Positions 1-11,689 are shown, counted from the whole stretch's first letter. The stretch: 62,617 nucleotides of DNA, filler included, from Basidiobolus ranarum (GCA_040143965.1; 13 parts of 13 records of this genome joined end to end with filler, not necessarily neighbours in it); one strand, 5' to 3'. The notes: generated by a model from the letters alone, not told the origin. A program made the numbers and translations.

Positions 1-1
1 A

Positions 2-214
2 ATGTTCAGCTCTATTGCTCGTGTCCAAGCTCAATCTATTCGTGCCCCTGTCTTGCGTCGCTTCAACTCCCATGGCGCTAACCAAGGCTTCAAGAACAAG
101 AACTTGATGGTTCCCTCCCTCTCCATGGCCGCTTCCGGCTTGTTCATCTTCGGTCTCATCAAGGCTGCCTTGCCTACTGACAAGGTCTTCAACGTCCCTA
201 CTGACGAAGAATAA
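2..214 (+). CDS. Small (70 aa) putative mitochondrial single-pass membrane protein
   Basis: Arg/Ser/Ala-rich N-terminus without acidic residues ending RRFNSH (presequence-like), one hydrophobic segment (LSMAASGLFIFGLIKAAL), strong C/T-ending codon bias, AATAAA at 313-318. Confidence 0.7.
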   Translation: MFSSIARVQAQSIRAPVLRRFNSHGANQGFKNKNLMVPSLSMAASGLFIFGLIKAALPTDKVFNVPTDEE

Positions 215-2199
215 TTCCAATTATCTATGCACTTCACTTAGACAGAGTGTTTCGAACATGTTGATCACTCTATGAGCATGTAGATAATCATTTCACTTAA
301 CCATCATTCATCAATAAACACAGTTGTGGGTTCGTCAGCCTCTAAATGATTATATAACCTTAAATCCCCCATTTCCTATGCACTTGTATTAGTTACCAAA
401 TCTTGATGGAATCAAGATGTTGTAACATCCGCAGTTCCAATTCCAATGGTGGAAATTATTTTCTATGAACTTTGGTTGGTGCTTGTCATACTCAACTAGC
501 ATATGGCAATCTATCAAGCGTACCGATCATTGAACTAAGCGCTGAGATTGGTAGTACCAGTTATGTAATCCATTGCTGATTGGTTCATAATTCACCTCTG
601 GGGCCACAAGATTGTGGGAATACCTCCATCGACCAGATGGTATTATATGGCTGCAGCAATGCCATTGGTAATCAGATACAGGATATTATTTACGTTGGAA
701 GTTCTCGATATAGTAACTTCATGGACTATGGTATAGGGTTCCGATATTTCCTCTTGAAATCTGCTAATGGTCGCAGTATTAATTTCATTCCATTCCATGG
801 CCATTATTATTAACAATCTCGCGCACACAAATGACTAGTGGTAAACTCTCGCTACAACACAACCATGAAACTAATATTACGATGGCGTATAGGTACAACT
901 TCCGACTACTTTTACTTAGTGTGCTTTAAGCAAGGAATATTGTGAGTAGATGTACAGCAACTTAAAATAAATGCGCATCTCCCTAGGATGCTATTCCCGC
1001 TTCCCTTTATCACTATAGGTAATATGTTTATTTGTTTCTCAACTAGATCTTACAGGAGAAGAGGAGGGAAAGAATTGCCCGGTCATCCCCCGAGTTTTAT
1101 GATAAAAAGTGAACGAACCCGATTCTCTTCATATGATAACTTTTCTAGTGCCAATTTAATAATATAGAACACCAAGGGATAGATTCAGAGGGGAGTGTAG
1201 AGAGATTGTAAGCAGTTAGAAGCCAGTATTTGTCTGAGTTTCATTGTACCTCCTTCATGATGAAATGACAGCTGTTAGAGTACCCATGTCCTGAGCGTAT
1301 TTGATGGATTACGTATCTGTTGTGGAACATAAATGTGCGATTTTCAGGTGACAAGGAAGTTAATGTATTGAAGCATTGTGACTCATGCGAGATAAAGAGA
1401 CATCGCATTCAAGTATGCTTATGTTCAGATGATTTGTACTCGGCTTAAACCGTAAACCTGTAGAGCTCATCTATTAGAAGTAGTGGTATATTGAGCATCG
1501 CGCAAACGTGGGCAGGGAATAGTACTCACTGGGTGGATAATATACGAATTCGGCAAAGGTTTCTTTCTTTGACTAAGATTACTGAACAAAATACGGGATT
1601 GGGATCAGAGTGGATGGGGGGGGGGTTCTTGAACTGAATGACATTTGATTATGCATGATAGCGAAAATCCGAATTCTAAGGATAATTTCGTATTGAGATA
1701 TACTACAGATTTGGAAAATTTGGATGATACCATATATTGAAGTTGTTCCGTTTATGGAGAAAGATGTGCGTGTACATTATATCGAAGAGGGTATACATCG
1801 CAAAGCGTGTTGGGCTTGGAACTATATATATTCTTATAGGTTATACTGAATTAGCACCCCTTGGTCTATACTCTGAAGCCCGTTTAGAGAGACATAATAG
1901 ACCTCTACATTGGCCGGTTGGTTCTACGGGTTTTGAGTTATCGTAGTATCCTCGAGGCTAATAAAAGCACGCCATACTTTGCACATAACACTTAATCAAT
2001 AGCTGAGACACACTTTACCCATGTCAGGAACTTTAAGTATGCTGAGACTAATCTCTGGTTGATACCCCATCACCTTCCAACGGATTAGCACATGCAGAAT
2101 GGATGTAGAGCTCGTGCTGGTAATTACTCCTTATTTGTGAATTCAGACCAATTTAATATTTCCTTCCGTCATAATTCAGTAAAATTTAGGATCGTTTTG

Positions 2200-2413
2200 T
2201 AAAGTGACTATTTTGAAGGTGCTAGAGAATATATAAGTTTGGCGCTTCTAGCAGAAGTTTCAAAACCTACATATTTGAGAACTTCAAAGTCGGTAAAGAT
2301 ATTCAAATTAAATTCCAACTAAGAATCATGGGTGATATCTTACTGGTATATAGGACAACTAAGCACTAAGCTATATATGACTCTATAGGTGTTTAGGTAA
2401 TGCTAATTATAAC
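2200..2413 (-). repeat. Copia LTR family C, degenerate 3' LTR (left boundary approximate)
   Basis: Similar to 43853-44180 (ctaagctatatatgact.tataggtgt..aggy.aatgctaatt); preceded on the minus strand by the polypurine tract GGAGGGAGAG. Confidence 0.65.
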
Positions 2414-4500
2414 ACTCTCCCTCCACTAAATAGACATATAAACTAATCCTAAGGAAGGTATAAATTTCCTAAATTTTGACCCAGCTAATGATTGGGTTTA
2501 TATATCAGCAATTATGTTTTCTGTGAAACAAAAAGTTAAGGTGATAAACATATTCTCTATGGTCTCTCTAATAAAATGATATCCAGTTTTTATATGCTGC
2601 CTATTTGTATGTAATGTGGGAGTTCTATCTATTATGATACAACTTTGTTAATCTTGAACTGTTGTAGTTAATGGGTTTTGAGGATAGACTAAATCTGCAA
2701 AGAGTTTTCAAAGCCATATTGCTTTTTTTGTTGCTCCACAAGCAGACATATATTTTACTTCTGTTGTTGATGATGCTACAGCAGGTTGTGTCTGTGAATT
2801 CCAACAAATATCTCCATTATAGTATTGAAACATGTAGCCTGTTCAAGATTTACTGCCCTCTATATCTCTTCTCTGATTAGTATCTGAATATCCCATCAGA
2901 TCAACATTTGAACCAGAATATAAGTACTTTAAGTACTGATCCACAGCAGCTTTCAAATATCTGAAAGTCAACTTCACTGCTATGATTTGATTATAAGAAA
3001 ATTTTGAAGATATTGACACACAACCTTCACAGAATAAGCACTATGTGGCTATATTCCAACCATGATGCACATCAACCTAACAATTTTAAACTCATAAAGA
3101 AGTTTCTTGCTTTCTTCTAAAATCAAGAATATCTGCTTTGAGCCATTCATAGCAAAGTTAAGATTTGTCTTCATTGGGGAAAACACAGGATTACATTCTT
3201 CTATTTCAAGCTTGCTTAGTATATCAAGGATAACTTAAACTGGTTTAAATTAATTATTCTCATGGATCTAACATTCTTTATTTTAATCTCAAGACATTAT
3301 GTTAGTTCACTAAGATCAGTCATTTCGGATTCACCAGATAAGCCAGATTTAGTTTTCTCCAAAGTCTTCAAATCATTGAAGGCTACAGAAGGTTATATAC
3401 ATAAAGTGCTAATAAAACCAGGCTTTTCTTGCTTGGCCTTAAGTAGATACTACTGTCAGCATTCCTCTTTTGGAACTTAGGTGTTTCTGAAAATCCATCA
3501 ATCATGCTAATTCAAGCTCTTGGAGATTATTTAAAACTGTAGAGTTTCTTCCAAATTCTGAAAAGCTTTTTAGAGTGTTCTGGGTCCATAAATGCATCTG
3601 GCTGGTTCATACAGATCTTCTTTGCAAGCCTGAATTTCAAAAAAACCAATCTAATATCTATTTGAAAAATATTAACTGATATCAACTTGCAACTGATAAA
3701 CTTAATCTAACTTCATTAAACTTTGCTACTTGAGCATAAGCTTCTCTATGATCTATTCCCAGTGTTTAGGAAAAGCCTTTAGCCACTAGCCTTATTTGGT
3801 ATCTTCTATATTTCATCAGAGTTGAATTTCATTTCAAATAGTATCAGCAACCTATCATTATTGTACTCTTAAGCAAGTTTGTTAAAGCTAAGTTGATATC
3901 AATCAGAGTTTTGTGCACATCAAGCTTTCCAGCTCTCCAGAACTTTGTTTGAGGGCCATTCCAGGCAACTTTTACAGTATGATGTTCATGTACTTGAGCT
4001 GGGCATGCATATACCAAATTTCGGGTCCCATTGATAGAATAATCAGGTCTGTTTTGGATCCTATTTGCTCTCCTTGTTTGGGATGAGGGTGCTACAACTG
4101 CTGCCACTGTATTTGGCTCTTCAGTAACCTGAACTTTGGTTCAAGAGTTGACAGGAATGCTATTTACTTCATTGCTTTGGATTGAATCAATGTGAATGAT
4201 TAGATTGGGGGTAAATTTATTTTTGTCATTATCTGAGGTCATCTTGTGTGAACATCCTCATTTGCAGCAAACATAACATTCACAGACTTGATTAACTTTA
4301 ACCTTTGGTATAATAGAGTCTGCAGGCCTTTGTTTGTGTACAATAACCTGGAAATATGCATTTGTTACCTTTTGAATCATGTTTGCACCAATTTATGGTC
4401 CTAAATTGGATGTATGCCATTTATCCAAAGATCCTCCAATGTTTTATATCAGTTTTGACTCTAAACCAAGCTTAATATATTGTAGACTAAATAGATAAAA
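2414..4500 (-). mobile_element. Degenerate Ty1/copia pol remnant (post-integrase SH3, RT, RNase H)
   Basis: Minus strand reads KHDSKGNKCIFPGYCTQTKACRLY (~4320-4400) and ICWNSQTQPAVASSTTEVKYMSACGATKKAIW (~2715-2812), with many stops and frameshifts. Confidence 0.85.
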
Positions 4501-4660
4501 TATTATCTTGTCTAATCATCAGTAAAATACCTGAGTATCTTCTCTACCTGAAGAAACATTTTGCACAGGTCCTCAGAGTGTCACAATAAGGAACTGGACA
4601 AGGACTGGAAACAACAACAAGTGGCTAGAAGGCAGGAGAGTACTTGGGTGTAGATCACAA

Positions 4661-4695
4661 GACAAGACAAGACAAGACAAGACAAGACAGGACAG
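4661..4695 (+). repeat. (GACAA)5(GACAG)2 microsatellite, probably inside an LTR end starting TGTCACA at ~4579
   Basis: Direct reading of the sequence. Confidence 0.8.
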
Positions 4696-4742
4696 CAAAA
4701 ATACTTTGGCAAGAATCTTTATTGCTAGCTGGCATTGATCAG

Positions 4743-4842
4743 NNNNNNNNNNNNNNNNNNNNNNNNNNNNNNNNNNNNNNNNNNNNTTAATTAATTAANN
4801 NNNNNNNNNNNNNNNNNNNNNNNNNNNNNNNNNNNNNNNNNN
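4743..4842. other. Artificial contig linker N44-TTAATTAATTAA-N44; repeated at 9583, 14417, 19250, 24080, 28908, 33731, 38553, 43373, 48188, 53000 and 57810
   Basis: Identical 100-nt spacers with stop codons in all six frames; the contigs between them decrease steadily in length. Confidence 0.99.
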
Positions 4843-7571
4843 CAAAAGGCATGGTGCCAAGAAACATGCCGTAGGGAAGAACTGAAAGGAGAGTATACGC
4901 AAAGCTAAAGAATATTTTCAAATAACAAAATGTATTGTGCCAAGAAACACGCCTTATGGGAAGCACTAAAAGGAGAGTATACGCAGTGCTAAAGATTACT
5001 GTCAAATAACAAGAGGTATGGTGCCAAAAAGCACGCCGTATGGGAAGCACTTTAAGGAGAGTCTACGTAGAGCTAAAGAATACTGTCAAATTACAAATGG
5101 TATAGTGCCAAGAAATCATCGGTATGAGAAGTACTAAAAGGAGAGGCTACTCAGGGCTAAAGATTACTGTCAAATAACAAAAGGTATAGTGCCAAGAAAC
5201 ACGCCGTATGAGAGGTACTGAAAAGACAGTATATTCAGAGCTAAAGAATACTGCCAAATAACGAAATGTATGGTGCCAAGAAACGCGCCGTATGGGAAGC
5301 GCTAAAAGGAGAGTTTTCGTAGTGCTAAAGACTTCCTACATATGATGATGGGAATGGTGCCAAGAAACACGCCGTATGGGAAGCACTAAAAGGAGAGGTT
5401 ACGCAGTGCTAAAAGATACTGACAAACGACCCAAGGTATGGTGCCCAGAAACAGGCGGTAATGGAAGCACTAAAAGGAGAGGCTGATCAGTGCTAAAGAG
5501 TACTGACCAGTAACAAAAGGTATGGCGCCCAGAAACACGCCGTATAGAAAGCACTGAAAGGAGAGTATACGCAGAGCTAAAGAATACTGTCAAATAACGA
5601 AATGTATGGTACCAAGAAACATGCCGTATGGGAAGCGCTAAAAGGAGAGTTTTCGTAGTGCTAAAGACTGCCTATATATGACGATGGGAATGGTGCTAAG
5701 AAATACACCGTATGGGAAGCACTAAAAGGAGAGGTTACGCAGTGCTAAAAAATGCTGACAAATGACGCAAGGTATGGTGCCCAGAAACAGGCGGTAATGG
5801 AAGCACTAAAAGGAGAGACTGATCAGTGCTAAAGAGTACTGTCAAATAAAGAAATAGATGGGGCCAAGAAACACGCCATATGGGAAGCGCTAAAAGGAGA
5901 GTCTTCGTAGTGCTAAAGAGTGCCTACATATGATTATGGGAATGGTGCCAACTAATAAACGTTATGTGACACGCTAAAAAGAGAGTCTACGTAGAGCTAC
6001 AGAATACTGTGAAATGACGAAATGTATGGTGCCCAGAAACACACCATATGGGAAGCACTAAAAGAGGAGTATATGCAGAGCTAAAGAATACTGTCGAATA
6101 ACGAAATGTGTGGTGCCAAGAAACACTCCATATGGGAAGCACTAAAAAGAGAGGCTACGCCGTGCTAGAGATTACTGTCAAATAACAAGAGGTATGGTGC
6201 CAAGAAACATGCCGTATAGGAAGCACTAGAAGGAGAGTCTACGTAGATCTACAGAATACTGTCCAATAACAAAAGGTATGGCGCCAAGAAACACGCCGTA
6301 TGGGAAGCACTGAAAGGAGAGTATACGCAAAGCTAAAGAATATTGTCGAATAACGAAATGTGTGGTGCCAAGAGACACGCCGTATGGGAAGCACTAAAAA
6401 GAGAGAGTATACGCAAAGCTAAAGAATATTTTCAAATAACAAAATGTATTGTGCCAAGAAACACGCCATATGGGAATAGTATATATAGTGCTAAAGAATA
6501 CTGTCAAATAACAAAATGAATGGTGCCAAGAAACTCGTCGTATGGGAAGCACTAAAAGGAGAGGCTACGCGGTGCTAAAAAATACCAACAAACGACGCAA
6601 GGTATGGTGCCCGGAAATAGGTGGTAATGGAAGCGCTAAAAGGAGAGGCCGATCAGTGCAAAAGAATACTGTCCAATAGCAAAAGGTGCGGTGCGAAGAA
6701 ACGCGCCATATGGGAAGCACTGAAAGGAGAGTATATGCAGAGCTAAAGAATACTGTCAAATAAAGAAATATATGGTGCCAAGAAACACCCCATATGGGAA
6801 GCGCTAAAAGTAGAGTCTTTGTAGTGCTAAAGAGTGCCTACATATGATTATGGGAATGGTGCCAACTAATAAACATTATGGGACACACTCAAAGGAGAGT
6901 CTACGTAGAGCTACAGAATACTGACAAATGACAAAATATTTGGTGGCCAGAAACACACCATATGGGAAGCATTGAAAGGAGAGTATATGCAGAGCTAAAG
7001 AACACTGTCAAACAACAAAATATATGGTGCTAAGAAACACTCCATATGGGAGGTACTAAAAGGAGAGTCTATGTAGAGCTACAGAATACTGTCAAATAAC
7101 AATGGTATGGTGCCAACAAACACCCTGTATGGGAAGCACTAGAAGGAGAGTCTATGCAGAGCTACAGAATACTGTCAAATAACAAAATGCATGGTGCCAA
7201 GAAACACACTCTATGGGAAGCACTTCAAGGAGAGGCTATGCAGCACTAAAGATTACTGTCAAATAACAAAAGGTATGGTGCCAAAAAACATGCCAAATGG
7301 GAAGTACTATCAGGAGAGTCTATGTAGAGCTAAAGAATACTGTCAAACAACAAAAGGTATAGTACCCAGAAATCAGTGGTATGGGAAATACTAAATGGAG
7401 AGGCTACTCAGTGCTAAAGATCACTGTCAAATAATGAAACGTAAGGTGCCCAGAAACAGGCCATATGGGAGGCACTAAAAGGAGAGTCTTTGTAGTGCTA
7501 AAGACTGCCTAATATGACTGTGGGAGTTGGGCCAAGTGACAAACTTTATGGGACATACTAAAAGGAAAGTC
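4843..7571. repeat. Tandem array of an 84-bp unit, about 33 diverged copies, truncated on the left by the contig end
   Basis: Anchor GTGCC recurs at 4937, 5021, 5105, 5189, 5273 and onward; approximate consensus TGGTGCCAAGAAACACGCCGTATGGGAAGCACTAAAAGGAGAGTATACGCAGAGCTAAAGAATACTGTCAAATAACAAAAGGTA. Confidence 0.97.
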
Positions 7572-8780
7572 AAAATCTCTGTGATTGATGCATCTTAGCT
7601 CTAGTTTACAACAATGACAGTCTTCTCAGTTGATCTTGCACCAATTATTTGAGTGACAAAAAACTAACACAAGTATTATTATTCTCAAGTACCTAATAAT
7701 TATAGGAGGTTAAGTGAGCTAGTATTGTATTCACAAAGATTGGACTGCAGTTTATTGACAGAGATACTCCTTTGTTTATACTTAGACTTATAGATTAGAT
7801 GAGTCATGACTCACCCACTGATTACTATATCTGTATTTAGCTTCATCACAATGAGTTGCACAGTGCTTGGCCAAAATATCCTAGGCCAGCATAGCAATCA
7901 GCTGATATATATGGGAGGCACAGTCAAGATGATCATGTGACCAACTAACAAGGAAGGGATATGAACAAGTGACCTCCCAAGGAATATGATCATAAGACTA
8001 TCATGTGACCTAGTACAACTAACAACTGTAACATCATATGAATGCTGATTAATACTTAGTGATATCTGAATAACTGATGGTACTGATAATACTGATCTGG
8101 GGATTATACCAATATATTGATAATACTTCATATTGCATAACCTTACAAACACTCAAGCTGCTATGAGTAGCTAATCATAGCACATGATTGTTTAGCTGGT
8201 GCAAAGAATATGGTGGATGTATCACAGTTGAACAAGCAATAACAACTTTACAGAGCATCACAGCCATCAGAAAGTAGTTGAGGGATGATGTGATGGCTAG
8301 GTTGAACTATCAAATAAATAACAGAGTTATATATGGGTCAATTACACTATCCACACCAACACCAAGCTAGTATTCCAGTCACATCAATCATGGAAGTTCA
8401 GATCTTTAAGCATAATTTATATAAATGTGACATCATACAGGAATACCAAATCATGTTGATGATTGTTGTAGATTGCTTAAATCATAACTCTTAATGAAGA
8501 CTCAACAAATTGAAATTAATCAAACACCTTGCGCAAAATACACATTCCATTTCATCAAGGCTAGGATTGTGGCTACCTTAGCCAATGGTCAAGAGTGAGT
8601 GTGCATTTTTGTTTAAGAATTTTGCAGCCAATAATCTTTGTTACAAACAGATCAACAACCATTGTGGATGGCTTCAAAGACTGCAATAAAGATATCGCAA
8701 TCATGTTGACTCTTACATTGTTGACTGCTTATGGCTGATATGCTCATTTACAAGCAACTTTGTGCATGGTGTTGAGGAAC
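7572..8780. mobile_element. TE-like DNA interrupting the array: an LTR-like segment ending CCTTACA at 8147 and a possible gypsy integrase relic at ~8330-8500
   Basis: CpG-depleted; repeated ATCATGTGACC; weak MLMIVVDCL similarity to the gypsy integrase motif ILVVVDRL. Confidence 0.4.
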
Positions 8781-8784
8781 CATG

Positions 8785-9162
8785 GGTAAGGAAAACGCCT
8801 AAGGGATATCTTTGTGGTGCTGAAGACTGCAGACATATAAACCTGATGTGATACCAAGTATCTGGTATATTCTACACTTAAAGTAGAGCTTAAGATGCAC
8901 TAAAGACTGATCACAAAAGATTAAGTACCAAGAAAGGAGTAGAATAAGACATACTAAACAGAGACCTTGCTAAATACTAAAGACTGCTGACAACTGACAA
9001 AGGAGCAGGTTCCAAAAAATGATTGTATGGGAAACATTTGTTCTTAAGTGTGCAAAATGCTAAGGAGAGCTGATAAATGAGAAACAATATAGTGCCAAGA
9101 AACTTTGGGTATGGATACACTTAAAGTAGAGTTCATGCTATGCTCAAGACTACTGACAATAG
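8785..9162. repeat. Highly degenerate copies (about 4-5) of the 84-bp unit
   Basis: Recognisable pieces such as gtgctgaagactgc, actaaagactgctgacaa, gtatgggaaac, tagtgccaagaaac and gctcaagactactgacaa. Confidence 0.7.
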
Positions 9163-9328
9163 ACTTGTTCCATTGGACCAGGTCAGATCGTGCTGCTCGA
9201 TCCAGCCTGCTAGTACACCATCTGGCGCGATCTGTCAATTACCATGGCTGGGTCCTATAACACTTGATCGGACACTATAAGGAACAATATGGCACTATCC
9301 CACCACAATTGGACACGATGATTTTTTA

Positions 9329-9582
9329 GGAGATATTGTGCCAGCCCGTACCAAGTTGTCCGATTTAGTATTGCCAAATTACGATTTTGGGTAACTGACA
9401 AAGTAAATTCATCCCCTAGTTTGTAACTTACAAATTACTGAATGTGTAACAATAAACAATTTATACTGTATCTTACCCAATCAAATGTATAACCGAGACA
9501 TTCACATGTTTTTAGGCCAATCATTTGTCCCTCACTAACACAGTATCCTGATTTTCAATTGGGCACAACAGCTCCTGCATTA
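9329..9582. repeat. Unclassified dispersed repeat, homologous to ~19876-20128 in the same orientation
   Basis: Shared blocks tgccagc..gtaccaagtt, gtattgccaaat, tgaatgtgt.acaa, taggccaat, tatcctgat and tgcatta. Confidence 0.8.
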
Positions 9583-9682
9583 NNNNNNNNNNNNNNNNNN
9601 NNNNNNNNNNNNNNNNNNNNNNNNNNTTAATTAATTAANNNNNNNNNNNNNNNNNNNNNNNNNNNNNNNNNNNNNNNNNNNN

Positions 9683-11617
9683 CCAGTAGATTTCGAAGTA
9701 TGCAAAACTTTCGTTGTCGAATGAGCCGATCACTGGAATAACATGCTCGTCATTAAGAATAGTGGAAAGATAATTTCTTTGATGCTCAATAGGTCCATCT
9801 TCTCCCCAGAATTTAGAGACTCTTGGGTCATTCATCCACTTATGTAAATGCTCTACATCCTGTTCCATATTAGCTACTCTGAAAGAGATGGTTTGTCCAA
9901 GTGCAGAGATGTGTCGACGATACAACATTTGACCGGAGGATGGTCTAGGTACGCGAGTAGGGTGAGCTCTATTTTGATCCTGAGATACGACTTGATCCAC
10001 TGAGGGACCACAGTAACGAAGGCAGCCAAAGTTAGCATTGTTCGAGTCAACACCATCAATCCACTGCCACATTTGATCCTCAGTAGAAGGAGTGAGAGGT
10101 CTTGTAGATGGAGGAGATGGCAACGAATCACAAGTTTCTGACTTGTATCTGTCCACGCCGTGCTTACCACCGTTTATTTGTAGTGCAGATGTCAGCTCCT
10201 TTTCTAAAGATTTTGATGAGGATGACCTATCAAGTTCAGTGTCGTGTTCAATCAAAGATTGGACAACCTCAACACCTCTCACTGGAAGGACAGAGAGAAG
10301 TGAGTCACTGAGGCCGTGAGTATTTTCGCAACATCCTTGAAGGTAGATACCAGCACGGCATTTGGGGTCGGTAAGAACTCGATAATCCCTCTGAATGATC
10401 ATTTGGGAATTTTCATCGGTAGTTAGATAAGACTCCATAGGACGAAGGATTTCTTTGTGAAGGCGGCGTTGATACCCAGTTGCAAAGAATACCGCATCGA
10501 AACTTTGTTCAATTTCACCATTTTCTTGATTGAGCTCAGAATCGTCGGTGCTTACCAACTTCAAAGTGATGCTGTCTTCAGAAGGATCTACGGTGAGAAC
10601 TCTACGCGAGTGAAGGATATTGTGCTGCTCTGATTGACCAGGAAGCTTTTGTTTGTATAAAAGAGCATAGATTCTTTCAATGAGTTCAATACGTACTACC
10701 GAATAGTTAGTAGCTTTCTCACGCTTGAGAGTGGCCTGGCGTTTTTCAGTTGGCATATTATAAAAAGTGTTGGTGAATGAAGGATCGAAAATCTCGTTAA
10801 CAAAAGGACTATCATCTGATGGACGCAAAGCGGTATCACGCAAAATAAGGGACACACGAGAGTTAGGATAACGATTGGTTAAATCGTAGAAAATCTCCGC
10901 TCCACTTTGACCGCCACCAACTACGGCGATTGAGTAAGGGGCATCCTTATCGGAAAGTGTCTTAGACACGCGATATGCGTATTGAGATGAATGAATGATG
11001 CGATGGTTATATTCAAACTCCTGGTCGCTTTTAGAGGTGATCAAATCTGGGATACGAGGTTGACCTCCTACAGCCACAACCACATTTTTGGCAATGCGGA
11101 CAATATTCACACCATCTGCAAGTCTTTTTGACGTAACCTTCAAACGCTCTACTTCTTGAGTATCCTCTGAAACAATAGGCTCAATTGCGATAACCTGCTC
11201 TCCAAAACGGCAAACGTCAGTAAAATGAGAAGCAGCCCAAGCCATGTAGTCATTATACTCTGCGCGATAGGGGTAGAAAGATCCTAAGTTGGAGAATGCG
11301 AGAAGTCTGTCCTTTTGGTGGAGATAGTTCAAAAAGGTATAGTAGCTTCTAGGGTCACGCATAGAAGCAAGGTCCTTCAGGAAGCTGATTTGCATTTTAG
11401 AATCATCAAGAAGCATTCCTTCGTGCCAAATAAAAGTGGGTTGCTTTTCGACAAAGCAAACTCGGAGATTCTCTTGAGAAAGCTTCTCACTCTGCCCATT
11501 CTTCGATACGCCTTCTGCTTCAGCCAGTGTGATGGCAATGGAAAGTCCGGCGGGACCGAAACCTACACACAAAATATCGTATTCATGGTTATCATCATGT
11601 TCGTATCTCTCAGCCAT
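9683..11617 (-). CDS. sidA: L-ornithine N5-monooxygenase fused to a hydroxyornithine acyltransferase (SidL/SidF/IucB/AlcB-type GNAT); 3' end truncated by the contig end
   Basis: SidA motifs DILCVGFGPA, WHEGML, MQISFLKDL, VVGGGQSGAE, DDSPFVNEIF, ATNYSVV, FATGY and HGLSDSLLS; then a Ser/Pro-rich linker; then HPTRVPRP...LYRRHI...SFRVA...LHKWMNDPRVSKFWGE...FAYFEIYW; one uninterrupted ORF. Confidence 0.95.
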
Positions 11618-11689
11618 GTTTGTGTAGTTATAAGATCTGCTCGAAGATAAGAGATGGTGAGAATGGGTATTTCAACTCTAGAAATTGGA

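Noticed and set aside
4787-4798. Regularly spaced TTAATTAATTAA palindromes
   Set aside because: Artificial six-frame-stop linkers between contigs
4843-7571. 84-bp array as a CRISPR array
   Set aside because: The whole unit repeats with no unique spacers, no cas genes are present and the context is eukaryotic
4843-7571. 84-bp unit as a C2H2 zinc-finger array or an intact repeat protein
   Set aside because: No CxxC...HxxxH in any frame; every frame is broken by stops and there are 1-2 bp indels
9683-11617. Recent bacterial transfer or contamination as the source of the intronless sidA fusion
   Set aside because: The motifs follow fungal SidA closely and the promoter has eukaryotic GATA and TATA features; a bacterial origin of the GNAT half still needs a tree
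9874-11650. Short ORFs overlapping sidA, and similar ones over the ABC, CSC1 and transporter genes
   Set aside because: Antisense or off-frame shadows of real coding sequence with no motifs
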